Shown: positions 9,696 to 18,655, counted from the stretch's first letter. The stretch is DNA of 42,850 bases from an uncultured Prevotella sp. (GCA_900551985.1 URYG01000001.1:1-42850); one strand, 5' to 3'. A program made the numbers and translations. Notes: generated by a model from the sequence alone, not told the origin.

Positions 9696-10517
9696 TCAGG
9701 AATGCTCTCTCTCCATCTTTCTCCTGATGCCCAGGACGATTTTGGCGAGTGCGAATACCACGATGCTGATGAAGATGATGGTGGCACCCGATGGCACGTT
9801 GAGCAGATAACTGATGTAGAGACCGGCGATGCAGTCTATCCATCCCAGGATGATGCTTGCCCATATCATCTGCTTGTAGTTGTAGGTGAAGAGGTTGGCG
9901 GTCATCTGCGGGATGGTGAGCAGACTGATGGCGAGCACGATGCCCACCATCTTCAGTGTAGCCACGATGGTCATGGCGATGAGCGTCATCATCAGGTATT
10001 CGATGGCGGTAACCGGCAGATGCTGCGAACGGGCGAAGGTGCTGTCGAATGCGATGTTCTGGATAGGGCGCAGGAGGAAAGTGAAGAGGAGGGCTACGAT
10101 GAGGGCGAGTCCGCCCAGCAACCACAGGTCTGCGCTGTCGATGGCAAGGATGCTTCCGAAGAGGAAGGAGGGCAGGTCGGGCATGAATCCTGGAGTCAGG
10201 AAACAGCAGATGATGCCCACGCTCATTCCCAGGGTCCAGAACATGGCGATGGCGGAATCCTTGCGCACGTCTTTCTTGCGTGATATCCATTGCACTCCGA
10301 AGGCGCTGAGTATGGCGAAAACCATGGCGGAGAGTATCGGATTGATTCCTGTAAACACACCGATGCCGATGCCTCCGAAAGAGGCATGGGTGATGCCGCC
10401 GCTGATGAATACCAATCGGCGGGTAACGATGTAGGTTCCGATAAAGCCGCATAGGATGCTTGCCAGAAAGGCGCCTATCAGTGCGTTTTGGAAAAATGTA
10501 TATTGTAGTATATCCAT
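9696..10517 (-). CDS. Zn/Mn ABC transporter permease (ZnuB/ABC-3 family)
   Basis: Polytopic membrane protein with ITHASFGG, FLFGSIL, FD..FA and VPSGATII motifs. Confidence 0.9.
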   Translation of the reverse strand: MDILQYTFFQNALIGAFLASILCGFIGTYIVTRRLVFISGGITHASFGGIGIGVFTGINPILSAMVFAILSAFGVQWISRKKDVRKDSAIAMFWTLGMSVGIICCFLTPGFMPDLPSFLFGSILAIDSADLWLLGGLALIVALLFTFLLRPIQNIAFDSTFARSQHLPVTAIEYLMMTLIAMTIVATLKMVGIVLAISLLTIPQMTANLFTYNYKQMIWASIILGWIDCIAGLYISYLLNVPSGATIIFISIVVFALAKIVLGIRRKMEREHS

Positions 10518-10520
10518 CTT

Positions 10521-10580
10521 TTTACTTTGAACTTGGAACTTTGAACTTTATGATTAGCAAAGCTGCAGAACTTTGAAACT
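10521..10580 (-). repeat. Heptamer-repeat element copy B
   Basis: tttac tttgaac ttggaac tttgaac tttatgattagcaaag, abutting the permease start codon. Confidence 0.9.
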
Positions 10581-10588
10581 GCAATTTT

Positions 10589-10972
10589 CTAGCTTAAAAA
10601 GCCGATGACTTCATCCTTCAGCTGGTTGGGCAGGTTGATGCCTCTCAGAATCAGGCTTCTGTTCCATCCTGCCACTTCTTCCGGCTGCATGGTATAGAGC
10701 ACTTCCGAGAATTCCTCAACCTCCTCATCGGTATAGGCGTCGGCATCCCGACCGGCAAAGCGGTCGAGATCCTCATCATCGTAATATTCTATTTCTTTGG
10801 TGGCGGCTTCCATCATGCACTCCTGCTCGCACTTCGAGTTCTCACCGTTACAGGTGTTGCACGATACGCCTTCCTGCAAAGGCTCCTCGTCCTCTCCCCT
10901 GCGGTGAGATACGATTCCGAATATGGCGCTTATCAAGCCTAATGCCACCAGGGCTAAAATCAAGTATAGCAT
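10589..10972 (-). CDS. Conserved hypothetical membrane-anchored Cys-containing acidic protein
   Basis: N-terminal TM helix, CxxC-x6-C-x3-C and an EYYDDEDLD motif; lies in the operon between aroA and the permease. Confidence 0.8.
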   Translation of the reverse strand: MLYLILALVALGLISAIFGIVSHRRGEDEEPLQEGVSCNTCNGENSKCEQECMMEAATKEIEYYDDEDLDRFAGRDADAYTDEEVEEFSEVLYTMQPEEVAGWNRSLILRGINLPNQLKDEVIGFLS

Positions 10973-10974
10973 TT

Positions 10975-11083
10975 ACTTAAAACTTTGAACTTTGAACTTT
11001 GAACTTTGAGCTTTGAACTTTATGATTAGCAAAGGCTGTTGAATTCTTCACTCTTCATTCTTCACTCTTCATTCTTCACTCTC
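10975..11083 (-). repeat. Heptamer-repeat element copy C (full bipartite form)
   Basis: Five TTTGAAC-type units, core TTTATGATTAGCAAAGGCTGTTGAA, then five alternating TTCTTCA/CTCTTCA units overlapping the aroA stop. Confidence 0.95.
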
Positions 11084-12319
11084 AATAATTTCAAACCCTA
11101 CTTTCTTCAGGTCTTCCCAATAATGCGGATAGGATTTGCTCACTACCTCCGGATTATTGATCTCGATCTGAGGGAACTTGAAGGCGAGAGGAGCGAATGC
11201 CATTGCCATACGATGATCCTCGTAGGTATCGATTGGTGCAAATGAAGGCTCGCAGGTTTCGCCATCCCAATACAGCGTGTTGTCGTTCTCATCGTGGATG
11301 ACATAGCCCACCTTCTTCAACTCTATCTTCAGTGCTTCAATGCGGTCGGTCTCCTTGATTTTCAAGCTGGCAAGACCGGTGAACTTGAACTTCACTCCCA
11401 AGGCACAGCAGGCTACAACGATGGTTTGAGCCAGATCTGGAGAACCGGAGAAGTCATAATCGAATTTCGGCAGCAGACAGCGGTTCGCCTTCAGCATGAC
11501 ATTCGAAAGATGATCGTGGTTCTCGAATTCGCTCTTCACACCCAGCAGACTGAAGATATATTTCACTACGGAATCTCCCTGCTTCGAGCAGTCCATCAAG
11601 CCTTCGAGCTGGATGCTGGAGTCGATGTTGCCATTCAGAGCCATCATCTCATACCAGTAGGAAGAAGCGCTCCAGTCGTTCTCTATCATATAAGATGTCT
11701 CCTTGTAAGGCTGTGGCTTCACGGTGATGGTGTCCATATCCGTCCAGTCGGCATCGGCACCATATTCCTTCATCGTCCAGAGCGTAAGGTCGATGTAAGG
11801 GCGGGATGCAATCTCTCCTGTCAGCTTCAGCTCCAGTCCGTTCTTCAGAATCGGACCGATCATCAGGAGCGCCGAGATATATTGCGAACTGATATTGCCC
11901 ACTACCTCCAGGTGGCCGCCTTCCAGCGCCTTGCCTCGGATGTGGAGTGGGGGATAACCTTCCTTCTTCTCGTAGGTGATGTCGGCACCTAGATAGCGCA
12001 GGGCATCTACGAGAATGCCGATAGGACGGTTCTGCATGCGCTCGGTGCCGGTGATGGTATGTTCGCCGGGGGTGGCAGAGAGATAGGCGGTCATGAAACG
12101 CATGGCTGTGCCTGCGGCCTTGATGTTGATGACCTCTGGCATATTCTGAAGGGCTGCAACGATTACTTCCGTATCATCGCAGTCGCTCAGGTTGTCGGGT
12201 TGGATATGGCTTCCAGCCATCGCACTGATTACGAGGGCGCGGTTGCTGATACTCTTAGATGCTGGCAAGTTGATACTTGCGTTCAGTTGGCTTGGTGCCT
12301 TGATGGTATATTTTATCAT
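11069..12319 (-). CDS. aroA: 3-phosphoshikimate 1-carboxyvinyltransferase (EPSP synthase)
   Basis: PASKSISNR, AGTAMRF, SSQYISALL, KETDR and DHRMAM motifs. Confidence 0.97.
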   Translation of the reverse strand: MIKYTIKAPSQLNASINLPASKSISNRALVISAMAGSHIQPDNLSDCDDTEVIVAALQNMPEVINIKAAGTAMRFMTAYLSATPGEHTITGTERMQNRPIGILVDALRYLGADITYEKKEGYPPLHIRGKALEGGHLEVVGNISSQYISALLMIGPILKNGLELKLTGEIASRPYIDLTLWTMKEYGADADWTDMDTITVKPQPYKETSYMIENDWSASSYWYEMMALNGNIDSSIQLEGLMDCSKQGDSVVKYIFSLLGVKSEFENHDHLSNVMLKANRCLLPKFDYDFSGSPDLAQTIVVACCALGVKFKFTGLASLKIKETDRIEALKIELKKVGYVIHDENDNTLYWDGETCEPSFAPIDTYEDHRMAMAFAPLAFKFPQIEINNPEVVSKSYPHYWEDLKKVGFEIIESEE

Positions 12320-12350
12320 ACGCGTACCTTATATTATATATATTTTAGTG

Positions 12351-12358
12351 CAAAAGTA
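12351..12358 (-). promoter_or_regulatory. Bacteroidetes sigma-A -7 element of the aroA operon
   Basis: TACTTTTG on the minus strand about 30 nt upstream of the ATG. Confidence 0.7.
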
Positions 12359-12643
12359 CAAAATAAAAAGTACATACGCTAGTTTTCGGGCGAAAAGTTT
12401 TCGAAATATCTCAAAAAACAGCACAGACAGCCGTGCGCAGTTCTTATCGTTTGCTAACAATATGTAAACGAGATAGGGGTATTATGGGGGTATATGGAGA
12501 TATGCCTATTTCAAAGTGTAAAAAACGACCCCCTAAAATGTCAAATTGTAATTTTGTGTGCGTTTTCTTTCAAAAAGTAAAACTGACCCCAAAAATAAGA
12601 TAAAATAGCGTTAAGGAATGATACAACTTACCGGAATTTGTAT

Positions 12644-12651
12644 TACCTTTG
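12644..12651 (+). promoter_or_regulatory. Bacteroidetes -7 promoter element
   Basis: TACCTTTG followed by CA, about 55 nt upstream of the ATG at 12705. Confidence 0.65.
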
Positions 12652-12704
12652 CATCAGAAAAAAGAAACAACAAACAATAAGTAACAATCTAAAAATTAAA
12701 GAAT

Positions 12705-13211
12705 ATGAAACGAATTATATTATTCTCATTGATGGCTCTCATGACCGTAGCTACTTTCGGTCGCAAGCGCGTAGAGAATGCAACAGTAGTAGCAGACACT
12801 ATTTTCTATGCAGAAAATATGAAAAATGTAGCTAGTGCAGATCAGGCTAGTTATTACAGATTGCTGATGACTACCGGCGCTGGCATCAATAAGAAGGATG
12901 TGTTCCAGGACTTCTATATGAACGGTAATCTTCGTGCCGAGGGTGGCTACAGCTTCATCGATCTCGGTAACGACCGCAATACGATCTTCAATGGTGAGGT
13001 TACTACTTACTACAAGAATGGTAAGGAGAAGTGGCACGGAAAGTATGTGAACGGCAAGCGTGAGGGATACTTCACTCTCCAGCTCCGTGAAGGTGGCGTG
13101 GCTGTTGTTCAGTTCAAGAACGGCAAGTCTGTTCACAATTACTTCATGGTAACATACAAGGATGGTACCACAGAGAAGAAGAACCTCTCTGAGATTCAGG
13201 CATTATTGTAG
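12705..13211 (+). CDS. Exported protein with MORN-variant (YwqK-like) repeats
   Basis: Signal peptide, then FYMNGNLRAEG and GEVTTYYKNGKEKWHGKYVNGKREG repeats. Stand-alone gene with its own promoter and terminator. Confidence 0.75.
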   Translation: MKRIILFSLMALMTVATFGRKRVENATVVADTIFYAENMKNVASADQASYYRLLMTTGAGINKKDVFQDFYMNGNLRAEGGYSFIDLGNDRNTIFNGEVTTYYKNGKEKWHGKYVNGKREGYFTLQLREGGVAVVQFKNGKSVHNYFMVTYKDGTTEKKNLSEIQALL

Positions 13212-13319
13212 GAAATCTCTCTGAAATAGAAGATCTCTAAAATAGAAAATCTCTCTCTTAAATTAAATAGAAAAATCTCTCTTATATAAATTAAAATTTT
13301 ATGTTGATATGACCAATAT

Positions 13320-13360
13320 GGGGATGGCTTCCGGGAGGAAGGTACATCCCCTTTATTTTT
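13320..13360 (+). terminator. Intrinsic terminator
   Basis: GGGGATG..CTTCC-GGGA-GGAAG..CATCCCC followed by TTTATTTTT. Confidence 0.75.
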
Positions 13361-13378
13361 CTGATATATGTGTAACTG

Positions 13379-13415
13379 AAAAAAGGTCTGGCGATGAAAT
13401 TCGCCAGACCTTTTT
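13379..13415 (-). terminator. Bidirectional terminator downstream of xth
   Basis: AAAAAGGTCTGGCGA-loop-TCGCCAGACCTTTTT perfect stem. Confidence 0.85.
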
Positions 13416-13422
13416 ACAATAT

Positions 13423-14175
13423 TTAGAGTGCCAGGTCAACCTCTACCGGGCAGTGGTCGCTGCCCATGATGTCGGTATGGATCTTGGCTTCTGTAATCTG
13501 TTCTTTCAAGCAGTCGGAAACCAGGAAGTAGTCGATGCGCCAGCCGGCATTCTTCTCGCGTGCCTTGAATCGGTATGACCACCACGAATAGGTAACCTCT
13601 TCGGGATGCAGATAGCGGAAGGTATCTGTAAAGCCGTCGTTCAGAAGCTCGGTCATCTTCTCGCGCTCCTCGTCGGTAAAACCGGCATTGCGACGGTTGG
13701 TCTTCGGATTCTTGATATCTATCTCCTGATGTGCCACGTTCAGGTCGCCGCAGACCACCACAGGCTTCCTGGCATCCAAAGCCTTCAGAAACTTGCGGAA
13801 ATCATCTTCCCAGGTCATACGGTAATCCAGTCGCTTCAACTCGGTCTGGGAGTTCGGGGTATAGCAGGTTACGAGATAGAAGTTGTCATACTCCAGGGTG
13901 ATGACTCTTCCTTCGTGGTCGTGCTCCTCCACGCCCATACCGTAGCTCACGCTCAGTGGCTGGTGGCGGGTATAGATGGCTGTGCCCGAATATCCCTTCT
14001 TCTCGGCATAGTTCCAGTAGCTTTCGTAGCCCTCAAACTTCAGGTCGAGCTGACCTTCCTGCATCTTGGTTTCCTGCAGGCAGAAGAAGTCGGCATCGAG
14101 CGCCTTAAACTGGCTCTCGAAGTCCTTGCCCACGCAAGCACGCAGGCCATTCACGTTCCAGGATATAAACTTCAT
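13423..14175 (-). CDS. xth: Exodeoxyribonuclease III / AP endonuclease
   Basis: SWNVNGLRA, CLQETK, GDLNVAH, GWRIDY and SDHCPV motifs. Confidence 0.96.
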   Translation of the reverse strand: MKFISWNVNGLRACVGKDFESQFKALDADFFCLQETKMQEGQLDLKFEGYESYWNYAEKKGYSGTAIYTRHQPLSVSYGMGVEEHDHEGRVITLEYDNFYLVTCYTPNSQTELKRLDYRMTWEDDFRKFLKALDARKPVVVCGDLNVAHQEIDIKNPKTNRRNAGFTDEEREKMTELLNDGFTDTFRYLHPEEVTYSWWSYRFKAREKNAGWRIDYFLVSDCLKEQITEAKIHTDIMGSDHCPVEVDLAL

Positions 14176-14177
14176 AT

Positions 14178-14219
14178 TACTTTGAACTTTGAATTTTGAA
14201 CATTGAACTTTATGATAAG
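14178..14219 (-). repeat. Heptamer-repeat element copy D
   Basis: tac tttgaac tttgaat tttgaac attgaac tttatgataag, abutting the xth start codon. Confidence 0.9.
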
Positions 14220-14279
14220 TTGTTGTCAGGAGTGCAAGCTTCTGACAAGACTTATTTAGAATCTTCTGACCAGCTTATT

Positions 14280-14873
14280 TTAGATTCTCTTGGTTTCACC
14301 TCTGAGCAGGCTCATGAACTCCTGGCGGGTGTTCAGCGAATTGAATACACCGCTGTAGTCGCTGGTAGTAGTGATGGAGTTCTGCTTCTCCACGCCACGC
14401 ATCTGCATGCACATGTGCTTAGCCTCTATCACCACCATTACGCCCTGAGGATTCAAAGTCTCCTGAATGCAGTCCTTGATCTGCTGGGTAAGGCGCTCCT
14501 GCACCTGAAGGCGGTGGCTGAAGATATCTACCACACGGGCAATCTTGCTCAGTCCGGTAATCTTGCCGTTAGGGATGTAAGCCACGTGTACCTTGCCATA
14601 GAAAGGCAGCATGTGATGCTCGCAGAGAGAGAAGAAATCAATGTCCTTCACGATGACCATCTGGTCGTATTTCTCCTCGAAGAGAGCATCGGTCAATACC
14701 TTGTGGGCATCCTGATAGTAGCCGCGGGTCAATACCTGCATCGCTTTGGCTACGCGCATAGGAGTCTTGACAAGTCCTTCACGCTCAGTGTCTTCACCCA
14801 GGAGCTTCAATACTTCCTTATAGTGTCCTGCGAGTTCATCCAATCCCTCGCGAAATTCTGTTTCTGGATTCAT
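14280..14873 (-). CDS. folE: GTP cyclohydrolase I
   Basis: [23 protein letters not shown] and HMCMQMRGV motifs. Confidence 0.97.
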   Translation of the reverse strand: MNPETEFREGLDELAGHYKEVLKLLGEDTEREGLVKTPMRVAKAMQVLTRGYYQDAHKVLTDALFEEKYDQMVIVKDIDFFSLCEHHMLPFYGKVHVAYIPNGKITGLSKIARVVDIFSHRLQVQERLTQQIKDCIQETLNPQGVMVVIEAKHMCMQMRGVEKQNSITTTSDYSGVFNSLNTRQEFMSLLRGETKRI

Positions 14874-14880
14874 ATCTTAT

Positions 14881-14962
14881 TTACTTTGAACTTTGAATTT
14901 TGAACTTTGAACTTTATGAATAGTAAGGCTGTTGAATTCTTCACTCTTCACTTTTCACTTTT
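14881..14962 (-). repeat. Heptamer-repeat element copy E (full bipartite form)
   Basis: Four TTTGAAY units, core TTTATGAATAGTAAGGCTGTTGAA, then TTCTTCA CTCTTCA CTTTTCA. It fills essentially the whole SPOR-folE spacer. Confidence 0.95.
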
Positions 14963-15654
14963 TAATACTGCACGGTAATCTGTCCCTTTACCAGGCATGC
15001 CTGTCTGTATCCCAGGGCTTTCACCTTGGCAAGCACCTTCTGTGCTTCGCCCAGTTCGCGGAAGTTGCCCATGCGGCAAATCCATCTTGGCGAGTAGAAG
15101 TGCACATATACTGGCTGGTCTGGGAACTTCATCTTGATGTTGTTGCCCGTCTGTTCAGCCTTCAGTCGGTCGTTGCGTGAGTTACCTCCGGCAAAGATCT
15201 GCACTCTATATCCTGTAACCTTATAGCTTCTGCGCATCACCTTTTTGCGCATGTCCACTACAGGCATCTCGGTTTCTTCCTGATGGGTCTCAGCCTTTTT
15301 GGCATTGTTTTCATGCTGTTTCTCCTTGGCAGCTTCGTGCTGTGGCTCGGCCTTCTTGAGCGAGTCTGGAGTCTGCTTGTGCTGGGCAGCTGGAGTTACT
15401 TCTTTATGCTGAGTATCTGTTGGTTTTTTCTGTGGTTGTGGGGTAGTCTTAGTCTTATCGTCCTGTGGATTCACCTGATTCGTATTGGTTGGAACCTGTT
15501 TTCCGTTCACCAATTCGTCGATAGCCTTGCTTTGGTGTACGGTCACGACACCCTGTCCTGGATTCTTCTGCTTGAGATGATCCAAGTAAGTCTGCGCATT
15601 CATCTGGATAGATGAGCAGAGGATGAAAATCAATAATGTGACGAATTGTTTCAT
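14962..15654 (-). CDS. SPOR domain protein
   Basis: Signal peptide, low-complexity linker and C-terminal GYRVQIF...RMGNF SPOR-like domain. Confidence 0.85.
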   Translation of the reverse strand: MKQFVTLLIFILCSSIQMNAQTYLDHLKQKNPGQGVVTVHQSKAIDELVNGKQVPTNTNQVNPQDDKTKTTPQPQKKPTDTQHKEVTPAAQHKQTPDSLKKAEPQHEAAKEKQHENNAKKAETHQEETEMPVVDMRKKVMRRSYKVTGYRVQIFAGGNSRNDRLKAEQTGNNIKMKFPDQPVYVHFYSPRWICRMGNFRELGEAQKVLAKVKALGYRQACLVKGQITVQY

Positions 15655-15741
15655 GACTATACCTTATTTAATATATATATACCTTTTATTAATATATAAT
15701 GTGTCAGCAATCTGTTTCTGTTATCCTATTAAAGATAGGGA

Positions 15742-15776
15742 AAGGGATGCCCCCAGGAAAGAAGGCATCCCCTTTG
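15742..15776 (-). terminator. Terminator hairpin after tpiA
   Basis: GGGATGCC/GGCATCCC stem just downstream of the tpiA stop. Confidence 0.65.
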
Positions 15777-15794
15777 GTAAATATCCTTGTGAGA

Positions 15795-16556
15795 TTACTT
15801 CTTCCAAGCGTCGATGATACCCTTGAAATCAGCAGCCTTCAAAGAAGCACCACCGATCAAACCACCGTCGATGTTTGGCTTAGCGAAGAGCTCAGGAGCG
15901 TTGCTAGCCTTGCAACTACCACCGTAGAGGATTGATGTCTCCTCAGCAGCCTCGTTGCCATACTTCTCAGCTACGATTGAGCGGATGTATGCCAACATCT
16001 CCTCTGCCTGATCAGAAGTAGCAGTCTTACCTGTACCGATAGCCCAGATTGGCTCGTAAGCGAGGATGATGTTCTTCCAAGCCTCTGCGTCCAAGTGGAA
16101 TACTGAACCTTCCAACTCAGCCTTAACAACCTCGTTCTGCTTCTCAGCCTCACGCTCCTCGAGAGTCTCACCGCAGCAGAAGATGATCTTCAAACCGTTA
16201 GCCAAAGCCAACTCTACCTTCTCCTTCAGGATCTCTGCAGTCTCACCGTAGTACTCACGACGCTCTGAGTGACCGAGGATAACGTACTGAGCACCTGTGC
16301 TCTTTACCATCTCAGCTGAAACCTCACCAGTGAAAGCACCCTTAGCCTTGTCAGCGCAGTTCTCAGCACCGAGACCTACAACCTCTGAATCCAAAACCTG
16401 AGCTACAGAAGCCAAGTGGATGAATGGAGTGCAGATTACTACGTCACAGTTTGGCTTGTCAGCTACCAATGCCTCGTTGATCTCCTTAGCGAGAGCAACA
16501 CCGTCCTGCAGGTTCATGTTCATTTTCCAGTTACCTGCTACAATTTTCTTTCTCAT
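15795..16556 (-). CDS. tpiA: Triosephosphate isomerase (C-terminal part of a 694-aa fused ORF, probable internal start at 16556)
   Basis: [30 protein letters not shown] and GGLIGGASL motifs. Confidence 0.97.
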   Translation of the reverse strand: MRKKIVAGNWKMNMNLQDGVALAKEINEALVADKPNCDVVICTPFIHLASVAQVLDSEVVGLGAENCADKAKGAFTGEVSAEMVKSTGAQYVILGHSERREYYGETAEILKEKVELALANGLKIIFCCGETLEEREAEKQNEVVKAELEGSVFHLDAEAWKNIILAYEPIWAIGTGKTATSDQAEEMLAYIRSIVAEKYGNEAAEETSILYGGSCKASNAPELFAKPNIDGGLIGGASLKAADFKGIIDAWKK

Positions 16557-17879
16557 TTTTCTTTTCTTTTTAAAAGTTGATAATATTCTGTTTGAATTCT
16601 CTTTCTTTCTGATCCAGGCGCCCCATGCCCAAAGCCGGTCGGCGATGGTAAGGAGTACCAGCGGGATGACAAACCAGGAGATGATGCCGGCTATCTTCTT
16701 GGCGGCACTTACTTCCGGCATCTTGCCGATTTCGGTCTTCTCCAGCGGCTTGCCTGCCAGATCTGCCATCTTAGGCAGGTCGTTGTGGCTCCATTTCCTG
16801 ATGATGGTTCCGTCTTTCAGCAGCAGGAGTCCCGGGTTGCTGCGTATCACGGTCTTCAGCGTCGTCTCGTCTGTGATATAGAAGGGATATTCTGCTCCCG
16901 TGATGTCTTGCCAGTGCCTGATGGCTTTCTCCGTACTTGCCGTGAGGCAGAGGAATGGGTAGCCATGGTCGGTGGCATATTCGTATATCTCGTCGATGCT
17001 TCCGAAGTTGCTGTCATCGGCAAAGTCGAGATGTGGCGAGATGAGCAGGAAGGTGTAGCCCTTGCGGTGAATCACTTCCTGGGTGATGTCTTCGCCCGTC
17101 TTCGTATCTTCTATGCTGAAGTCGTGGATAGGAGGCACGTAGCCTTCTTCCGTCTGCACCGTCTTGCTGTCGATGAAGGTCCAGGTAGAGTCGGGATAGT
17201 TGTCTATCGTAAACTCCTTCCGCTCGCCGTTCTTCTCCAGGATGAAGGTGGTGTCAAACTTCGGCTGCTTGGCTCCCTTCGGAATCTCCATACCCTTGGC
17301 GATGTTGACGCCGATGTGATAAGGGCGGAAGTCGAACTGCGGCAGATACCACAGGCTCCAGGTGCTCATCACGATGGAGAAGAGGAAGGTGTAGTTGATC
17401 ACTACCCATTGTGTCTGTCTCGAAATGAGTCTCGGCATCTCCAGCGGTTTTCTCCAGAGCAGGATGGCGAATACTAGGAGGATGATGTTCTTGATGAATG
17501 TCTCCATATTGGTGAGCACTACGGCATCACCGAAGCATCCGCAATCCTTTACCGGGTCTGCAATGACAATCCAGAGTGTAATCAGCGTCATCACGCTCAT
17601 CACGGCAAGGGTAATCTTGCTCGTCAGTCTCCGTCGGATGGCGAAGAGGAGGAAGATACCGATGGCAAACTCGGCAGTGGCAAGCAATACCGACATTACC
17701 AGGGTGCTCCAGTCGGGAAACATCCAGTCGATATGCAGCGCTTCCAGATAGTCGGTTATCTTGTATTGCGTGCCCAATGGGTCCATTCCCTTCACGAATC
17801 CTGAGAAGATGAAGGTTACAGCCACGAGCAGTCGCCCGATATTCACCGCTGTTTTTGTTATAATCTGCTTTGCCGTCAT
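16557..17879 (-). CDS. DoxX/MauE-like membrane protein (BT_3928-like), in frame with tpiA and without its own stop
   Basis: [10 protein letters not shown] and DCGCFGD motifs, several TM helices, and a thioredoxin-like RSNPG periplasmic domain. Confidence 0.85.
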
Positions 17880-17940
17880 ATCAATTTCCTCTTTTACTTA
17901 ATAGAATGATCCTTCTTGTTATATTATAGAATGATCCTTC

Positions 17941-18489
17941 TTACTTTTCTCCCATTTTGATGGCACCGAAAACTGCATAGTTGATGATGTCCATATAGTT
18001 GGCATCAATGCCTTCTGATACGAGTGTGGCTCCTGCGATATCCTCGATTTCCTTCACTCGCTGTATCTTGGTGAGAATAAAGTCGGTATAGCTGCTCACT
18101 CGCATCGAGCGCCATGCCTCGTCGTAGTCGTGATTCTTCTTGAGCATCAGTTCCAGGGCTTCCTGGGCATGCTTGTCGTAGAGCTTCATCGCCTCTTCCG
18201 GTGTCATATCCACTTCATCCACGAATGGTTTTTCCAGCTGGATGAGTCCTACGATACCATAATTAATAAGCGCGATAAACTCCGGACGGATGCCTTCGCC
18301 TACGAGTGATTCTTTCTTGATTTCAAGCGAGCGGATGCGCTTCGCCTTGATATAGAGTTGGTCGGTTAAGGAAGATGGGCGCAAGATTCTCCAAGAGGCT
18401 CCATAATCGTGAAGCTTCTTCTCAAATAATGCCCTGCATTCTCCCATGACAACTTTAAACTGCTGTTCTGTTTTCAATAAATCTGCCAT
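17941..18489 (-). CDS. DUF1599 tandem-domain protein
   Basis: Two repeats of KK.HDY...WR ... D.INY. Start taken at ATG 18489, downstream of a TATATTTG promoter at 18510-18517. Confidence 0.88.
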   Translation of the reverse strand: MADLLKTEQQFKVVMGECRALFEKKLHDYGASWRILRPSSLTDQLYIKAKRIRSLEIKKESLVGEGIRPEFIALINYGIVGLIQLEKPFVDEVDMTPEEAMKLYDKHAQEALELMLKKNHDYDEAWRSMRVSSYTDFILTKIQRVKEIEDIAGATLVSEGIDANYMDIINYAVFGAIKMGEK

Positions 18490-18624
18490 AATAATTTCGA
18501 AATTCGGTGCAAATATACGCATTTATTGTGAAATAGCCAAATAATTATTTTGTTTTTCGCTTAAATTGCAGTAACTTTAGATAAGTTACGCTGCACTCGG
18601 AAGAAAAAATAAATCGCGATTTAT

Positions 18625-18655
18625 TTTGTTTTTCGCTCATTTTGCAGTAACTTTG
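18625..18655 (+). promoter_or_regulatory. Consensus Bacteroidetes sigma-A promoter of cca
   Basis: TTTG (18625-18628), 19-nt spacer, TAACTTTG (18648-18655). Confidence 0.85.

Noticed and set aside
14196..14903. Plus-strand ORFs ending in TLNFEF or starting MNSSLF (also 13606-14199, 11039-11245, 14932-15180)
   Set aside because: The shared peptide ends are just translations of the heptamer repeat element. The ORFs are antisense to folE, xth, aroA and the SPOR gene.
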